A stretch of DNA of 13,374 nucleotides from Bacteriovoracaceae bacterium (GTDB taxonomy: Bacteria > Bdellovibrionota > Bacteriovoracia > Bacteriovoracales > Bacteriovoracaceae): positions 1-13,374 of the forward strand of contig JBMYPC010000086.1 of assembly GCA_049599895.1 (NCBI GenBank), in the 5' to 3' direction. Below the pieces are notes generated by a model. The model did not search any database. It saw only the letters and a list, made by a program, of their open reading frames with translations, and was not told the DNA's origin. Of this stretch, positions 1-7,726 are shown one piece after another; the first letter of the stretch is position 1; each line of letters begins with the position of its first letter. Both the position numbers and the translations under genes were made by a program.

Positions 1-1
1 G

Positions 2-1159
2 TTTGAAGTTGAACTACCGTGGATCACCAAGGATTTTTATGAATACCAAAGAGAGCAAACTCTGGCTCAGCAGTCTTTGACGAAAACTCCTGGGACGAAG
101 AAAAAAACAGAATTTCATATGCGCTGTTTTAGCCCAAGTGGGTTGTTTGATTACAACCAATGTCCAGAGTTTAAGTCTCTTATTCGTAACCATGCTGGGT
201 TTAAGTTTGGAAACACTTTTAGAAGATTTAATCCTAGAATTGAATGGATCATCTCTGAAGTTGATGAAAGTGGTGATGTTGTTGTTAATAACAAAAAAGA
301 AGTGACTCCGTTTGAGGTCCTTAAAAAAGTTCGTTTTGTTCCAAGTAATGCTGTTGTTATCCCAGGAGCGAAAACTTATCCAGCTTATGTTACATCCCAA
401 AAAACTGCAGCAGGGGTGATGATGCTTGTTGGAGTTGTAAACATCAATACTTTCTCTCCTGCTGGAGCAGAAGCCGATGTTTTAAAGGAGTTTAAAGCGA
501 CTCTCGAGGCTTTTAAAAATCTTGGTGTCAAAAGAGTTGTGATTGATACTATCAATAATGGTGGTGGGTCACTTTCTCTTGGGATGAACCTTGCTCAGAG
601 TTTAAATTCTAGGGCAATTGAGTTTCCATCTGTCGAGTTTCGTTTAAGTGAGTCTTGGATTGATCAATTCGAAAGAGGAACAATTTGGGGAACAAACGAT
701 ACGGATAAAGAATTGAAAAAGCGTGTCTACAACGCTCTTCTTGCGGATCAAAGTTCTGGAAAGTGGCTTTCAAGACCTTTTAATGCTTCAAGGCTTTTTG
801 CTCAAGCATTTACTCCCAATGAAAAGCTAAAGGACCATGGATTTAAGTACGTTCTTCTTGTGAATGAGATGTGTGCTTCAATGTGTGATATTTTTGCTGG
901 AATCCTACAAGATAATAAAATGGCAAAAGTCCTTGGTTCTCAAACTTTAGGTGCTGGTGGAAACGTGGTTATGCATGCAGCAGCTCCTAACAGTGGAATC
1001 TATGTCTCTCAGACGGAATCTCTTATTAAGAGAACTAATGGAGAGTATCTTGAAAACAATGGGGTTAAACCTGACCTTGCTCTTAAAGTTAATGAATCGA
1101 CTTCTAAGAGATATGATAAAGTTTTAAAAGAAGCTTTTATAGAAGTTCTAAAGTTATAA
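2..1159 (+). CDS. S41-family (tail-specific) serine protease, CPAF-like; 5'-truncated by the window edge
   Basis: Frame is open from position 2 (FEVELPWITKDFYEYQ...), so the TTG at 77 is probably not the real start. Motifs VIDTINNGGG, VLLVNEMCASMCDIFAGILQDN (catalytic Ser region), VLGSQTLGAGGNV and YLENNGVKPD fit the S41 peptidase core and resemble chlamydial CPAF. Confidence 0.85.
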   Translation, partial: FEVELPWITKDFYEYQREQTLAQQSLTKTPGTKKKTEFHMRCFSPSGLFDYNQCPEFKSLIRNHAGFKFGNTFRRFNPRIEWIISEVDESGDVVVNNKKEVTPFEVLKKVRFVPSNAVVIPGAKTYPAYVTSQKTAAGVMMLVGVVNINTFSPAGAEADVLKEFKATLEAFKNLGVKRVVIDTINNGGGSLSLGMNLAQSLNSRAIEFPSVEFRLSESWIDQFERGTIWGTNDTDKELKKRVYNALLADQSSGKWLSRPFNASRLFAQAFTPNEKLKDHGFKYVLLVNEMCASMCDIFAGILQDNKMAKVLGSQTLGAGGNVVMHAAAPNSGIYVSQTESLIKRTNGEYLENNGVKPDLALKVNESTSKRYDKVLKEAFIEVLKL

Positions 1160-1180
1160 TTACAGAAAATACTTTTTGAA

Positions 1181-1219
1181 AAAGAAAGGCCCTCTTATGA
1201 CTTATGAGGGCTTTTCTTT
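1181..1219. terminator. Probable bidirectional intrinsic terminator
   Basis: Inverted repeat AAAGAAAGGCCCTC ... GAGGGCTTTTCTTT with A-rich and T-rich flanks, between two convergent stop codons (1159 and 1218). Confidence 0.75.
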
Positions 1220-1904
1220 AATTAAAAAGATTATCAAGATCTTTTTCACTTACTTTTGAATTGTCTTCAAGATCTTTAGGTTCTTTTTTATCCGCAAGCT
1301 CAGGAGCTTCTCCCTTTGGAGGTCGTTTTTGATCCAATGAAGCTGAGTCTCTATAGGGCTCAAGACCTTCTTTTCTTTCAAACTCAGGTCTTTTCCCTTT
1401 AAGAGGCCTTTCTAGTTCTCGATTAAACTCTCTTCCTTCTCTTTCTCCACCTTCTTTCTTGGGTCCTTTTTTATTGTGCTTTGCTCGGAAGATATGACGT
1501 GAGTTCTTATCAAGTCTTCCTTCCATCTTTCTGGCTTCTTTTGGAGAGACAGCGCCATCGGCCATGATCTTTTTATGAAGTCTTTTGGTCTTTCTAAAAT
1601 CCTTTCTTAGAACTTTCTTTTCACCTTTGGTTAAGCGATCATTTTTTAACCCATGACCAACTCTTTTGCGTTGGTTGTCCATCCGCCTATCAAAGCGTTT
1701 TTGGGTTTGTGAGGAAAGATCTCTCTTAGAATTTTGTGGTCCTCTTTTTTGAGGTTTTATCTTTGGTCTTTTAAGAGGAGGTCTTTTCTTTAAATCTTTT
1801 CCCCCTCCACTTTTATGGTCCATTCGAGCATGGACTAGGCCTGCAAAAGACAGGAGAAGACCAAAACAAGCGACTTTAGCGATACTTTGACTTTTAAACT
1901 TCAT
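1218..1904 (-). CDS. Secreted Lys/Arg-rich hypothetical protein (228 aa)
   Basis: Start moved to the ATG at 1904 (MKFKSQ...) because AGGAG lies 7 nt upstream. N-terminal signal peptide ending VHA. Central segment RMDNQRKRVGHGLKNDRLTKGE...ADGAVSPKEARKM...SRHIFRAKHN resembles a widespread small helical hypothetical family (recalled, not searched). Confidence 0.75.
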   Translation of the reverse strand: MKFKSQSIAKVACFGLLLSFAGLVHARMDHKSGGGKDLKKRPPLKRPKIKPQKRGPQNSKRDLSSQTQKRFDRRMDNQRKRVGHGLKNDRLTKGEKKVLRKDFRKTKRLHKKIMADGAVSPKEARKMEGRLDKNSRHIFRAKHNKKGPKKEGGEREGREFNRELERPLKGKRPEFERKEGLEPYRDSASLDQKRPPKGEAPELADKKEPKDLEDNSKVSEKDLDNLFN

Positions 1905-2016
1905 TATTGAGCTCCTAAATTTTGATATCATTTGAGCTTTGTGAACAGTCAGATTTTCAGGGTCAGCAAGTCACATGAACCACAAGCTCAAAAAGGGTTA
2001 CGCAGTGATCTGTTGA

Positions 2017-2044
2017 TTATCGACGATAACCCTCAACTACCTTA
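2017..2044 (-). promoter_or_regulatory. Possible sigma28 (FliA)-type promoter for the 1218..1904 gene
   Basis: Minus strand reads TAAG-N16-GTCGATAA, compared with consensus TAAA-N15/16-GCCGATAA; about 110 nt upstream of the start codon. Confidence 0.4.
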
Positions 2045-2191
2045 GACAACATTGAGAATTCTCATTAATTTCCAGTGTTTACTTAGGGCTTTCAGTTGGA
2101 ATAAGATTTTGTCCAAGATTCCAAGCTGGCCATGAATATTTGGCAATGATAAGGAATTCTTAAGCTAACAAATTGAATTTAAGGAGCAGCT

Positions 2192-2653
2192 ATGGCCATT
2201 TATTATTCCACAAAAAGCTTTAAGGGTTTTCCATGCACCCATAGGCAATGGAAGGCCGAAGGTCATTGCCGTTTTGTTCACGGATACAGCCGAGAGTTCA
2301 ATTTTACTTTTGCTTGTAAGGAATTCTCTAAGGAGATGTGGGTCGTTGATTTTGGTGGGCTTAAAGAAATTAAGGCCTGGCTAGATGAAATGTTTGATCA
2401 CACTTTTCTTTCAAGTGAGGATGATCCCTATCTAGACGAGTTTAGACGCCTTGATGAGCTTGGGGTTCTTAAGCTTAAGGTTCTTCCTAATTGCGGTATG
2501 GAGGGGACGGCAAAGTACGTTTATGACGTGGTTAATCCTAAGATCGCCACGATGTCAGAGGGGAGAGCTTGGATTCATAAGCTTGAAGTTCGTGAAAATG
2601 AGAAGAACTCGGCGATTTATATCCCAGAAACGCCAACTCCTGGTGACTTATAG
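2192..2653 (+). CDS. queD: 6-carboxytetrahydropterin synthase / PTPS family protein (QueD-like, T-fold)
   Basis: Motifs CTHRQW...HCRFVHGYSR, WVVDFGGLKEIKAWLDEMFDHTFL, CGMEGTA and VRENEKNSA; RBS AAGGAG at 2181-2186. Confidence 0.85.
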   Translation: MAIYYSTKSFKGFPCTHRQWKAEGHCRFVHGYSREFNFTFACKEFSKEMWVVDFGGLKEIKAWLDEMFDHTFLSSEDDPYLDEFRRLDELGVLKLKVLPNCGMEGTAKYVYDVVNPKIATMSEGRAWIHKLEVRENEKNSAIYIPETPTPGDL

Positions 2654-2755
2654 GGGATTTCAAGTTTTTGACTCAGGTCTCTAATTCATTGAATTTACAC
2701 AAAACAGACATCTTCATGACCAAATCCCTCCAGGTTAGAGGCATAATAGACGATA

Positions 2756-2906
2756 GGTTTAAAGCCAGTGGCTTTAAACCGCCTCGCAGAGGGCCAGGAA
2801 GCGTCAGCGCCCGGTCTTAAGTGAAACAAAAGCCAGTGGCTTTAAACCGCCTCGCAGCCGGTTTGCGTTAAAAGGTGCCAGCGGCACGTTTTAATGCACC
2901 AAGCGG
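2756..2906 (+). repeat. Composite structured repeat locus 1 (REP/BIME-like mosaic of CCAGYGG-apex hairpins)
   Basis: Perfect palindrome GGTTTAAAGCCA-G-TGGCTTTAAACC (2756-2780). Exact 29-nt direct repeat at 2761-2789 and 2829-2857. Module CAGGAAGCGTCAGCGCCCGGTC at 2795-2816. A 49-nt hairpin at 2858-2906 is 38/49 identical to the reverse complement of 7931-7979. Confidence 0.85.
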
Positions 2907-2938
2907 AACTGATTGAACCTTAATAGAAAGGACCCATC

Positions 2939-3418
2939 ATGCTTCAAAAAAAGACTCTCTCCTTCATAGGACTCTTCACCCTCCTAGGACTAGCAGCCTC
3001 CTGCCAACAGGCCAAACAAAACGGCGCCAACAGCTTCATGGGAGTTTTCAAGCCAAAGATTAACTTCGCCTTTGAAAGATATTACGTACGAGCACAAAAA
3101 TGTGAGATTACCCAATCCCATTATGTGAAAGACTCTTCAAATAAACTTGAAGCCGTTCTCGCTAAGATTCAAGATAAGGCCTTAAAGCATGACGCCAACT
3201 GGGCAGTTGTCACTGGTTTTGGAGAAGAGGCGGTGAGTGATCATTATTTCTTTGAAGCTTATAATTGTGATGAGAAGAAATCAATAAAAGTCACTCAGTC
3301 GATTCATGAAGCCAATCAAAAAATTAAATTTGCTAAGATCAAAAATGTTAAAGATGTTCTTACCAGTAAAAGTTATCCTGAGTTTCAATCTTTAATGCGT
3401 CAGCAGTTTAAAAAATAG
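2939..3418 (+). CDS. Putative lipoprotein, possibly DUF4156/RcsF/YbjQ-like fold
   Basis: Signal peptide MLQKKTLSFIGLFTLLGLAAS-C with a lipobox-like Cys; RBS AAGGA upstream. The pattern C...LAKIQDKALKHDANWAVV...EAYNC resembles the DUF4156/RcsF-like 'A..GAN.V...AY.C' pattern (fold call is tentative). Confidence 0.7.
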   Translation: MLQKKTLSFIGLFTLLGLAASCQQAKQNGANSFMGVFKPKINFAFERYYVRAQKCEITQSHYVKDSSNKLEAVLAKIQDKALKHDANWAVVTGFGEEAVSDHYFFEAYNCDEKKSIKVTQSIHEANQKIKFAKIKNVKDVLTSKSYPEFQSLMRQQFKK

Positions 3419-3440
3419 AATGAATCAACATTTTTAAATA

Positions 3441-3469
3441 AAAAAAGCGCTCATATTGAGCGCTTTTTT
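3441..3469. terminator. Bidirectional intrinsic terminator
   Basis: Perfect AAAAAAGCGCTCA-TAT-TGAGCGCTTTTTT between convergent genes. Confidence 0.9.
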
Positions 3470-3492
3470 ATTTTTATTATTTGAGTCTTATC

Positions 3493-4614
3493 TTAGAAAA
3501 AAATTGCTTTTGTTGATGGAGGTCCAGATTGCTGATATTGACTACCATTAGGATTAACTTCAACTCCACCATTTAACTCTTTTGATGTCTTTCCTCCTGA
3601 GTTTGGAATAACTACTGGTCCAGTGACTTCTTCCTGCTCATCCATTTCAGCTTCTTCTTTTTCTTCAATTCTTTTTTCAAGAATTTCTTCGACTGTACTC
3701 ATATTATCTCTTTTCGCTTGAAGGAGAGAGTCTTCTGATTCTTCTTCAGTGATATCAGATCTTTTCTTAACACAAGTGATCTTAAGAAAGTATGAGTAAA
3801 AGTTCTTTCTTTTCTTATTTGGAATTTCATAATCTGGCTCGATTTCAAAAATATCGGCATACTCTTCAGATTGCTCAACATAGTCCATATCGATGACTTC
3901 ACCTTGAGAATCACCAGTCGGCTCTGCAACTGTTCGGCTACCAGCTGGGTTATAACCAACTCCAACGATTTTCCCGACCTGCTTAGTAATATCGATTCCT
4001 TTTTCTTCATGAAGGATTCCCTTTGTCGCGTAAGCTGTTAGGGCGACAACATGATCCATTGGCCGTACAGTTCCATGAACATCTTGTAACCGATCTGACT
4101 TAGGAAAAGCTCGAACGGTTGTTGTTCCCTTTCTTACTTTATCGTAACCAAGCATCTCACAAGCTTGGTCTTCGCTTGTCATAAGGTCTTGATAATTTCC
4201 GTCAAGTCCTCCAAGCCAATCATCTTTGGTTGCACTATTACTATAATAACCTTTTTCGATTTTTTTCTGACCGCGCCCGTAGTGACCGATAACTTCATCG
4301 TAAAAGTTCTTCCAACCTTTTCGGTCACGAATTTTATGAGCAACAATCGGCTGTCCATTCATTTGCTCAAGAATATCGGCAATGGTGAAGGTTCTAGCAT
4401 AATCAAAACTTTCTGATTCAGATGCTTCTTCTTCTTTTTCTGAAGCCTGCTTTTCAACAACCACCTCAGAAGAAGATTGTGATGAAGTATCATCTTTTTT
4501 ATCAGCTTTATTCATTCTTATTCTTTCACCGAATTTATAGCCTTTACCACCGGCTTGGGCATATTCAGCAGAGAAAAAGATTAATAATGAGGCCAGAACA
4601 ATCCAGCTTTTCAT
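3493..4614 (-). CDS. Secreted acidic hypothetical protein (373 aa)
   Basis: Long ORF with RBS AAGGAG and a signal peptide ending AQA. Ser/Glu-rich low-complexity flanks surround a central region with two Cys. No family recognised. Confidence 0.8.
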   Translation of the reverse strand: MKSWIVLASLLIFFSAEYAQAGGKGYKFGERIRMNKADKKDDTSSQSSSEVVVEKQASEKEEEASESESFDYARTFTIADILEQMNGQPIVAHKIRDRKGWKNFYDEVIGHYGRGQKKIEKGYYSNSATKDDWLGGLDGNYQDLMTSEDQACEMLGYDKVRKGTTTVRAFPKSDRLQDVHGTVRPMDHVVALTAYATKGILHEEKGIDITKQVGKIVGVGYNPAGSRTVAEPTGDSQGEVIDMDYVEQSEEYADIFEIEPDYEIPNKKRKNFYSYFLKITCVKKRSDITEEESEDSLLQAKRDNMSTVEEILEKRIEEKEEAEMDEQEEVTGPVVIPNSGGKTSKELNGGVEVNPNGSQYQQSGPPSTKAIFF

Positions 4615-4666
4615 ACGAGACTCCTTAGGTTAGACCTAGTGTTAAAAAATAATTCACTAGATACAT

Positions 4667-4683
4667 TGCAATTGGGGAGCCAA
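4667..4683 (-). promoter_or_regulatory. sigma54 (-24/-12) promoter for the 3493..4614 gene
   Basis: Minus strand TTGGCTCCCCAATTGCA has exact GG-N10-GC spacing with TGGC and TTGCA halves; about 50 nt upstream of the ATG. Confidence 0.7.
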
Positions 4684-4733
4684 AAACCTAAGCTGTTAAA
4701 CTCTTGGAATTGGGCTGATTTAGTCAAGTAAAG

Positions 4734-4750
4734 TGTCGAAACTTTCGACA
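4734..4750. promoter_or_regulatory. Palindromic operator, probable enhancer-binding-protein site
   Basis: Perfect TGTCGAAA-C-TTTCGACA (TGT-N11-ACA) between two divergent sigma54 motifs. Confidence 0.6.
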
Positions 4751-4854
4751 GGCGCCTGAAATAGTTAATAAAACGGGCTTTTTGAAATTCTCACTGAGAG
4801 AGGCTAACTTACGAGAATTTTAGAGCTTCAAAACTTCTAGGTCTTTCTTTCCTC

Positions 4855-4871
4855 TTGGCCATAATATTGCA
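4855..4871 (+). promoter_or_regulatory. sigma54 (-24/-12) promoter for the FecR-domain gene
   Basis: TTGGCCATAATATTGCA has exact GG-N10-GC spacing; 150 nt upstream of the GTG at 5022. Confidence 0.65.
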
Positions 4872-5021
4872 GTATTTTCTCTAAAACTCTATGGGATCTA
4901 CGAAAAGCTTAAGTGAAAGCCCAAAATAGGATTTATTCAAGTTCGTGCAACTTCATCCTAGTTAAAAGCTTAAATTTAAGTTCAGATAAACTAATAAGAG
5001 TTTCAGATTTAAGGTATTTTT

Positions 5022-5840
5022 GTGAAAAAACTTGTATTGATCATCTTTTGTTCATTTCTTTTTAGTCTGAGTACTGAAAGCTATTCAGCGTCTAAGAGTC
5101 GCTATGGACAGGGTAACCCTGTTGTAGGTGAAGTTGTTTCAATTAATGGCTCAGCTGATCGAATGTTTCTGGTTTCAACTCCGATGGTGAATAAAAGAAA
5201 GAGAAAGGCCTTAAGAGTCGGTTCTAAAGTTCTTTTAAAAGACCTTATTATTACTGAGAAAAATTCTCATCTTGCGGTTCAGTTTTTTGATGGGACTCGA
5301 GTTTTTCTTAATGAGTCCTCATCTATTGAACTTCGAAAATTTGAGCTTTCAAAAAACAGACTCAAAAGGAAGGTTGTTGTCTATCAGAACTGGGGAAAGG
5401 TTCGGATGAACTTAAAAGAAAATCGTGGTCTTGTAGATCTATCATTTCTTGAGACAAAGTTTTATCGTGTTGAACTTGAAAATGGTTCCAATGTCCTAAG
5501 TAATATTTATCAAATTGAAGGGCGAACAAAAAATGATGTCCTCATGCTTTCAAGATCCGCTAATGTTATGGCGAAAATGGGAAAGCATAGAGGAAAGAGA
5601 ATTTTTGTAGGAACGGGAGAAGTTTTTACAGATGATCAGCTTTCAAAGACCATTAATTGGTGGGGGCTACCTAAGGTTCCTATTCATGTTCTTAAGCACT
5701 TTCAAAGAAATGCCTGGAATTTCTTACCAAGGCTTCAGGTCTTAAGAAGGCTAAAAAAGAGAAACGTCTTAGAATCTGAACTTCACCAGTTTATTAGTTT
5801 AAGACAATCAGCAATCAGAAGAACAAAGCTTCCTAACTAA
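5022..5840 (+). CDS. Secreted FecR-domain protein
   Basis: Signal peptide followed by GEVVSINGSA...LRVGSKVLLKDLIITEKNSHLAVQFFDGTRVFLNESSSIEL...GKVR, the typical FecR-domain pattern; GTG start with AAGGT upstream. Confidence 0.75.
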   Translation: MKKLVLIIFCSFLFSLSTESYSASKSRYGQGNPVVGEVVSINGSADRMFLVSTPMVNKRKRKALRVGSKVLLKDLIITEKNSHLAVQFFDGTRVFLNESSSIELRKFELSKNRLKRKVVVYQNWGKVRMNLKENRGLVDLSFLETKFYRVELENGSNVLSNIYQIEGRTKNDVLMLSRSANVMAKMGKHRGKRIFVGTGEVFTDDQLSKTINWWGLPKVPIHVLKHFQRNAWNFLPRLQVLRRLKKRNVLESELHQFISLRQSAIRRTKLPN

Positions 5841-6439
5841 GGGTAGACAAATTCTGATTGCCAAGAAGAACCTTCGTCCTTTTTAATAACCATTCGAATA
5901 TTCAGTCTGTGCTTTCCATATTGAAAAAACTCATACTGATGGATCTCAATTCCGATTGCTCCCCAGTTTTCAGAGAGGGGAATGTCTTTTCCCTCAAATT
6001 CATTTAATGCTTTTTGAAATTCTTGATAAAGCTTTTGCGGTGATTCGAGAGTTTCACTTTGCTTTGAGATAAAACTTGCCAGTTGGCTCTCTCGATGACG
6101 TTTGTCAAAAAGTGCTTTGTGGGTTTCAGGGGCCATAACTTTTGCCTTACCTAAAAGGCGAACTTGCTTTTTGATTTTTGGCCAATAGAAACTGGCTTCA
6201 ACTATAGGGTTCGCTTTAATGTCTTCAACCTTGGGAGAGAGGAGGTTTGTTCCAAAGCAAAAAGCCCCTTCGTACCAGCCTTTAAAAAGAAGAAACCGAC
6301 TTCGGGCATGACCAGATTTATTGGTTGTGGCCAGGGCAAATGCATGGGAGTCCTGTTCTTCAGTTTTTGCCTCTAGGAGCCAGTTATTAAAGAACTCTTG
6401 GGGATTGGGGATGTGGGTGATTTTTAATAAATCTTTCAT
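5837..6439 (-). CDS. pdxH: Pyridoxine/pyridoxamine 5'-phosphate oxidase family protein (divergent)
   Basis: Motifs ALATT...SRFLLFKG, FGTN..S.K...IKANP, FYWP...KQVR..G, R.RESQL....SKQS and WG....YEFFQ....RL..R. Stop overlaps the convergent FecR gene stop (4 nt). Confidence 0.8.
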   Translation of the reverse strand: MKDLLKITHIPNPQEFFNNWLLEAKTEEQDSHAFALATTNKSGHARSRFLLFKGWYEGAFCFGTNLLSPKVEDIKANPIVEASFYWPKIKKQVRLLGKAKVMAPETHKALFDKRHRESQLASFISKQSETLESPQKLYQEFQKALNEFEGKDIPLSENWGAIGIEIHQYEFFQYGKHRLNIRMVIKKDEGSSWQSEFVYP

Positions 6440-6499
6440 TAATTGACCTTTGTCGCTTATAATTAGGGTTAATAGTACTTTCTACTAACGGAGCTAAGA

Positions 6500-7024
6500 T
6501 TGGCAATAGTCTTTAGAGTGGTATCTCAAGTATTTAAGGTCGAAGAATATATTGAAATTCCAAATAATGGAAAAGTTATTATAGGTCGAGATGAGAAGGC
6601 TTGTGATTTTTCAGTTGGAGATGAAAGAGTGAGCAGCTCGCATTTTGAACTTACCATGGAAGATGCCAAAATTTATGTTCAAGATCTTGGTTCAAAGAAT
6701 GGCACTTTTATTAATAAAAAAAGAGTCCAATCGAATCGACTTTATCTTGGTGATATTCTTCATGCTGGAAAGTTCTTTTTTATGATCATAGGATCAGAAC
6801 TGACTCTCGAAGAAAGAAAGGCCTTAACACCCACTCTTTCAAAAAAATCAGAAGTGACGATGAATTACGAAAAAGAAGAGTTTGAAATTTTGACTCTTGA
6901 TCAATTTGAAGGTTCTCATTACGACGAAAACAAACTTGAAGAAGAGTTTGATTCAGAAGGGGATCTCAATGTGGAATCTGTTCATACAAGAGTCTTAAAA
7001 GTAAAAGAAATTAGAAAGGTTTAA
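6500..7024 (+). CDS. FHA domain-containing protein with acidic C-terminal tail
   Basis: IIGRD, VSSSH and DLGSKNGTFIN are the canonical FHA G-R, S-x-x-H and N-G motifs; TTG start with GGAG at 6490-6493. Confidence 0.9.
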   Translation: MAIVFRVVSQVFKVEEYIEIPNNGKVIIGRDEKACDFSVGDERVSSSHFELTMEDAKIYVQDLGSKNGTFINKKRVQSNRLYLGDILHAGKFFFMIIGSELTLEERKALTPTLSKKSEVTMNYEKEEFEILTLDQFEGSHYDENKLEEEFDSEGDLNVESVHTRVLKVKEIRKV

Positions 7025-7029
7025 TTTCT

Positions 7030-7566
7030 CTATCCCATCATCTTTTTCGGAGACTGAAACCACTGAGTCCATTCAGGGGGATCATTGGTTTTAATTCTCA
7101 AGTAAATATGTGGGGACCAGTTTGGCTCTTTTGGTTCTTTATAGAGTTTCATCCCTGCTTCTCTTGGAGTCTTTGCCCCTTTTTTCGTATTACATCTCGC
7201 GCAACTTGCGACAACATTTTGCCAAGTTGTTGGACCTCCACGAGAAACGGGAAGAACGTGATCAATTGTGAGTTCATCATAACGAAAAATGTTATGGCAG
7301 TACTGACAACGGTGTTCATCTCTTAGGAAAACGTTAGTGCGATTAAATTTAATTTTTTTGCCAGCTCGATGCCTAGAATTCAGGCGAAGGATTTTGGGAA
7401 GATTGATATCAAAATTGACAGAACGAATCGTTTTGTCTTCATATTCGACAACCACTTCAGCTCGACCGGTTAAGAGTAAGACGATTGCCTTTTGCCAGGA
7501 GACAATTTTGACTGGAAAAAAAGTATTGTCCAAAAGAAGTGTTCTCAGAACTTCCTCCTCTTTCAT
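7030..7566 (-). CDS. HNH endonuclease (McrA-like, Zn-finger CxxC...CxxC type)
   Basis: NVFLRDEHRCQYC...LTIDHVLPVSRGGPTTWQNVVASCARCNTKKG, plus the N-terminal LLLDNTFFP...SWQKAIVLLLTGRAEVV typical of this ~170-aa family. Start is uncertain (ATG 7566 or CTG 7548). Confidence 0.92.
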   Translation of the reverse strand: MKEEEVLRTLLLDNTFFPVKIVSWQKAIVLLLTGRAEVVVEYEDKTIRSVNFDINLPKILRLNSRHRAGKKIKFNRTNVFLRDEHRCQYCHNIFRYDELTIDHVLPVSRGGPTTWQNVVASCARCNTKKGAKTPREAGMKLYKEPKEPNWSPHIYLRIKTNDPPEWTQWFQSPKKMMG

Positions 7567-7603
7567 TTTCTGAAAACAGAAGTTTCCAGACCCTATAGGG
7601 TGT

Positions 7604-7625
7604 CAAGAAGAGTCAGCGCTCGGTC
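7604..7625 (+). repeat. Isolated copy of repeat module 2
   Basis: CAAGAAGAGTCAGCGCTCGGTC is 19/22 identical to 2795-2816. Confidence 0.7.
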
Positions 7626-7726
7626 GGTACGGAGTTGAACTCTCGAGACTAGAACCAGCAGAACTACTTAAATCGTATCATGAGTTTGTTTTTCAGGTCT
7701 ACGGTGAGAGATTTAACTCTTTCTTA

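Noticed and set aside
2045..2191. preQ1 riboswitch upstream of queD
   Set aside because: No preQ1-like stem-loop with the conserved loop and A-rich tail could be identified.
2761..2857. CRISPR array
   Set aside because: Only two repeats and no cas genes in the window. The spacer contains a motif repeated three more times in this window, so it is part of a repeat mosaic rather than a foreign spacer.
2858..2906. Integron attC site
   Set aside because: No RYYYAAC/GTTRRRY core ends, the stem has a symmetric mismatch rather than extrahelical bases, and there is no integrase or cassette array.
4963..4989. Second, sigma28-like promoter (TAAA-N15-TCAGATAA) before the FecR gene
   Set aside because: The -10 lacks the key CCGA core and the region is very AT-rich, so a chance match is likely.
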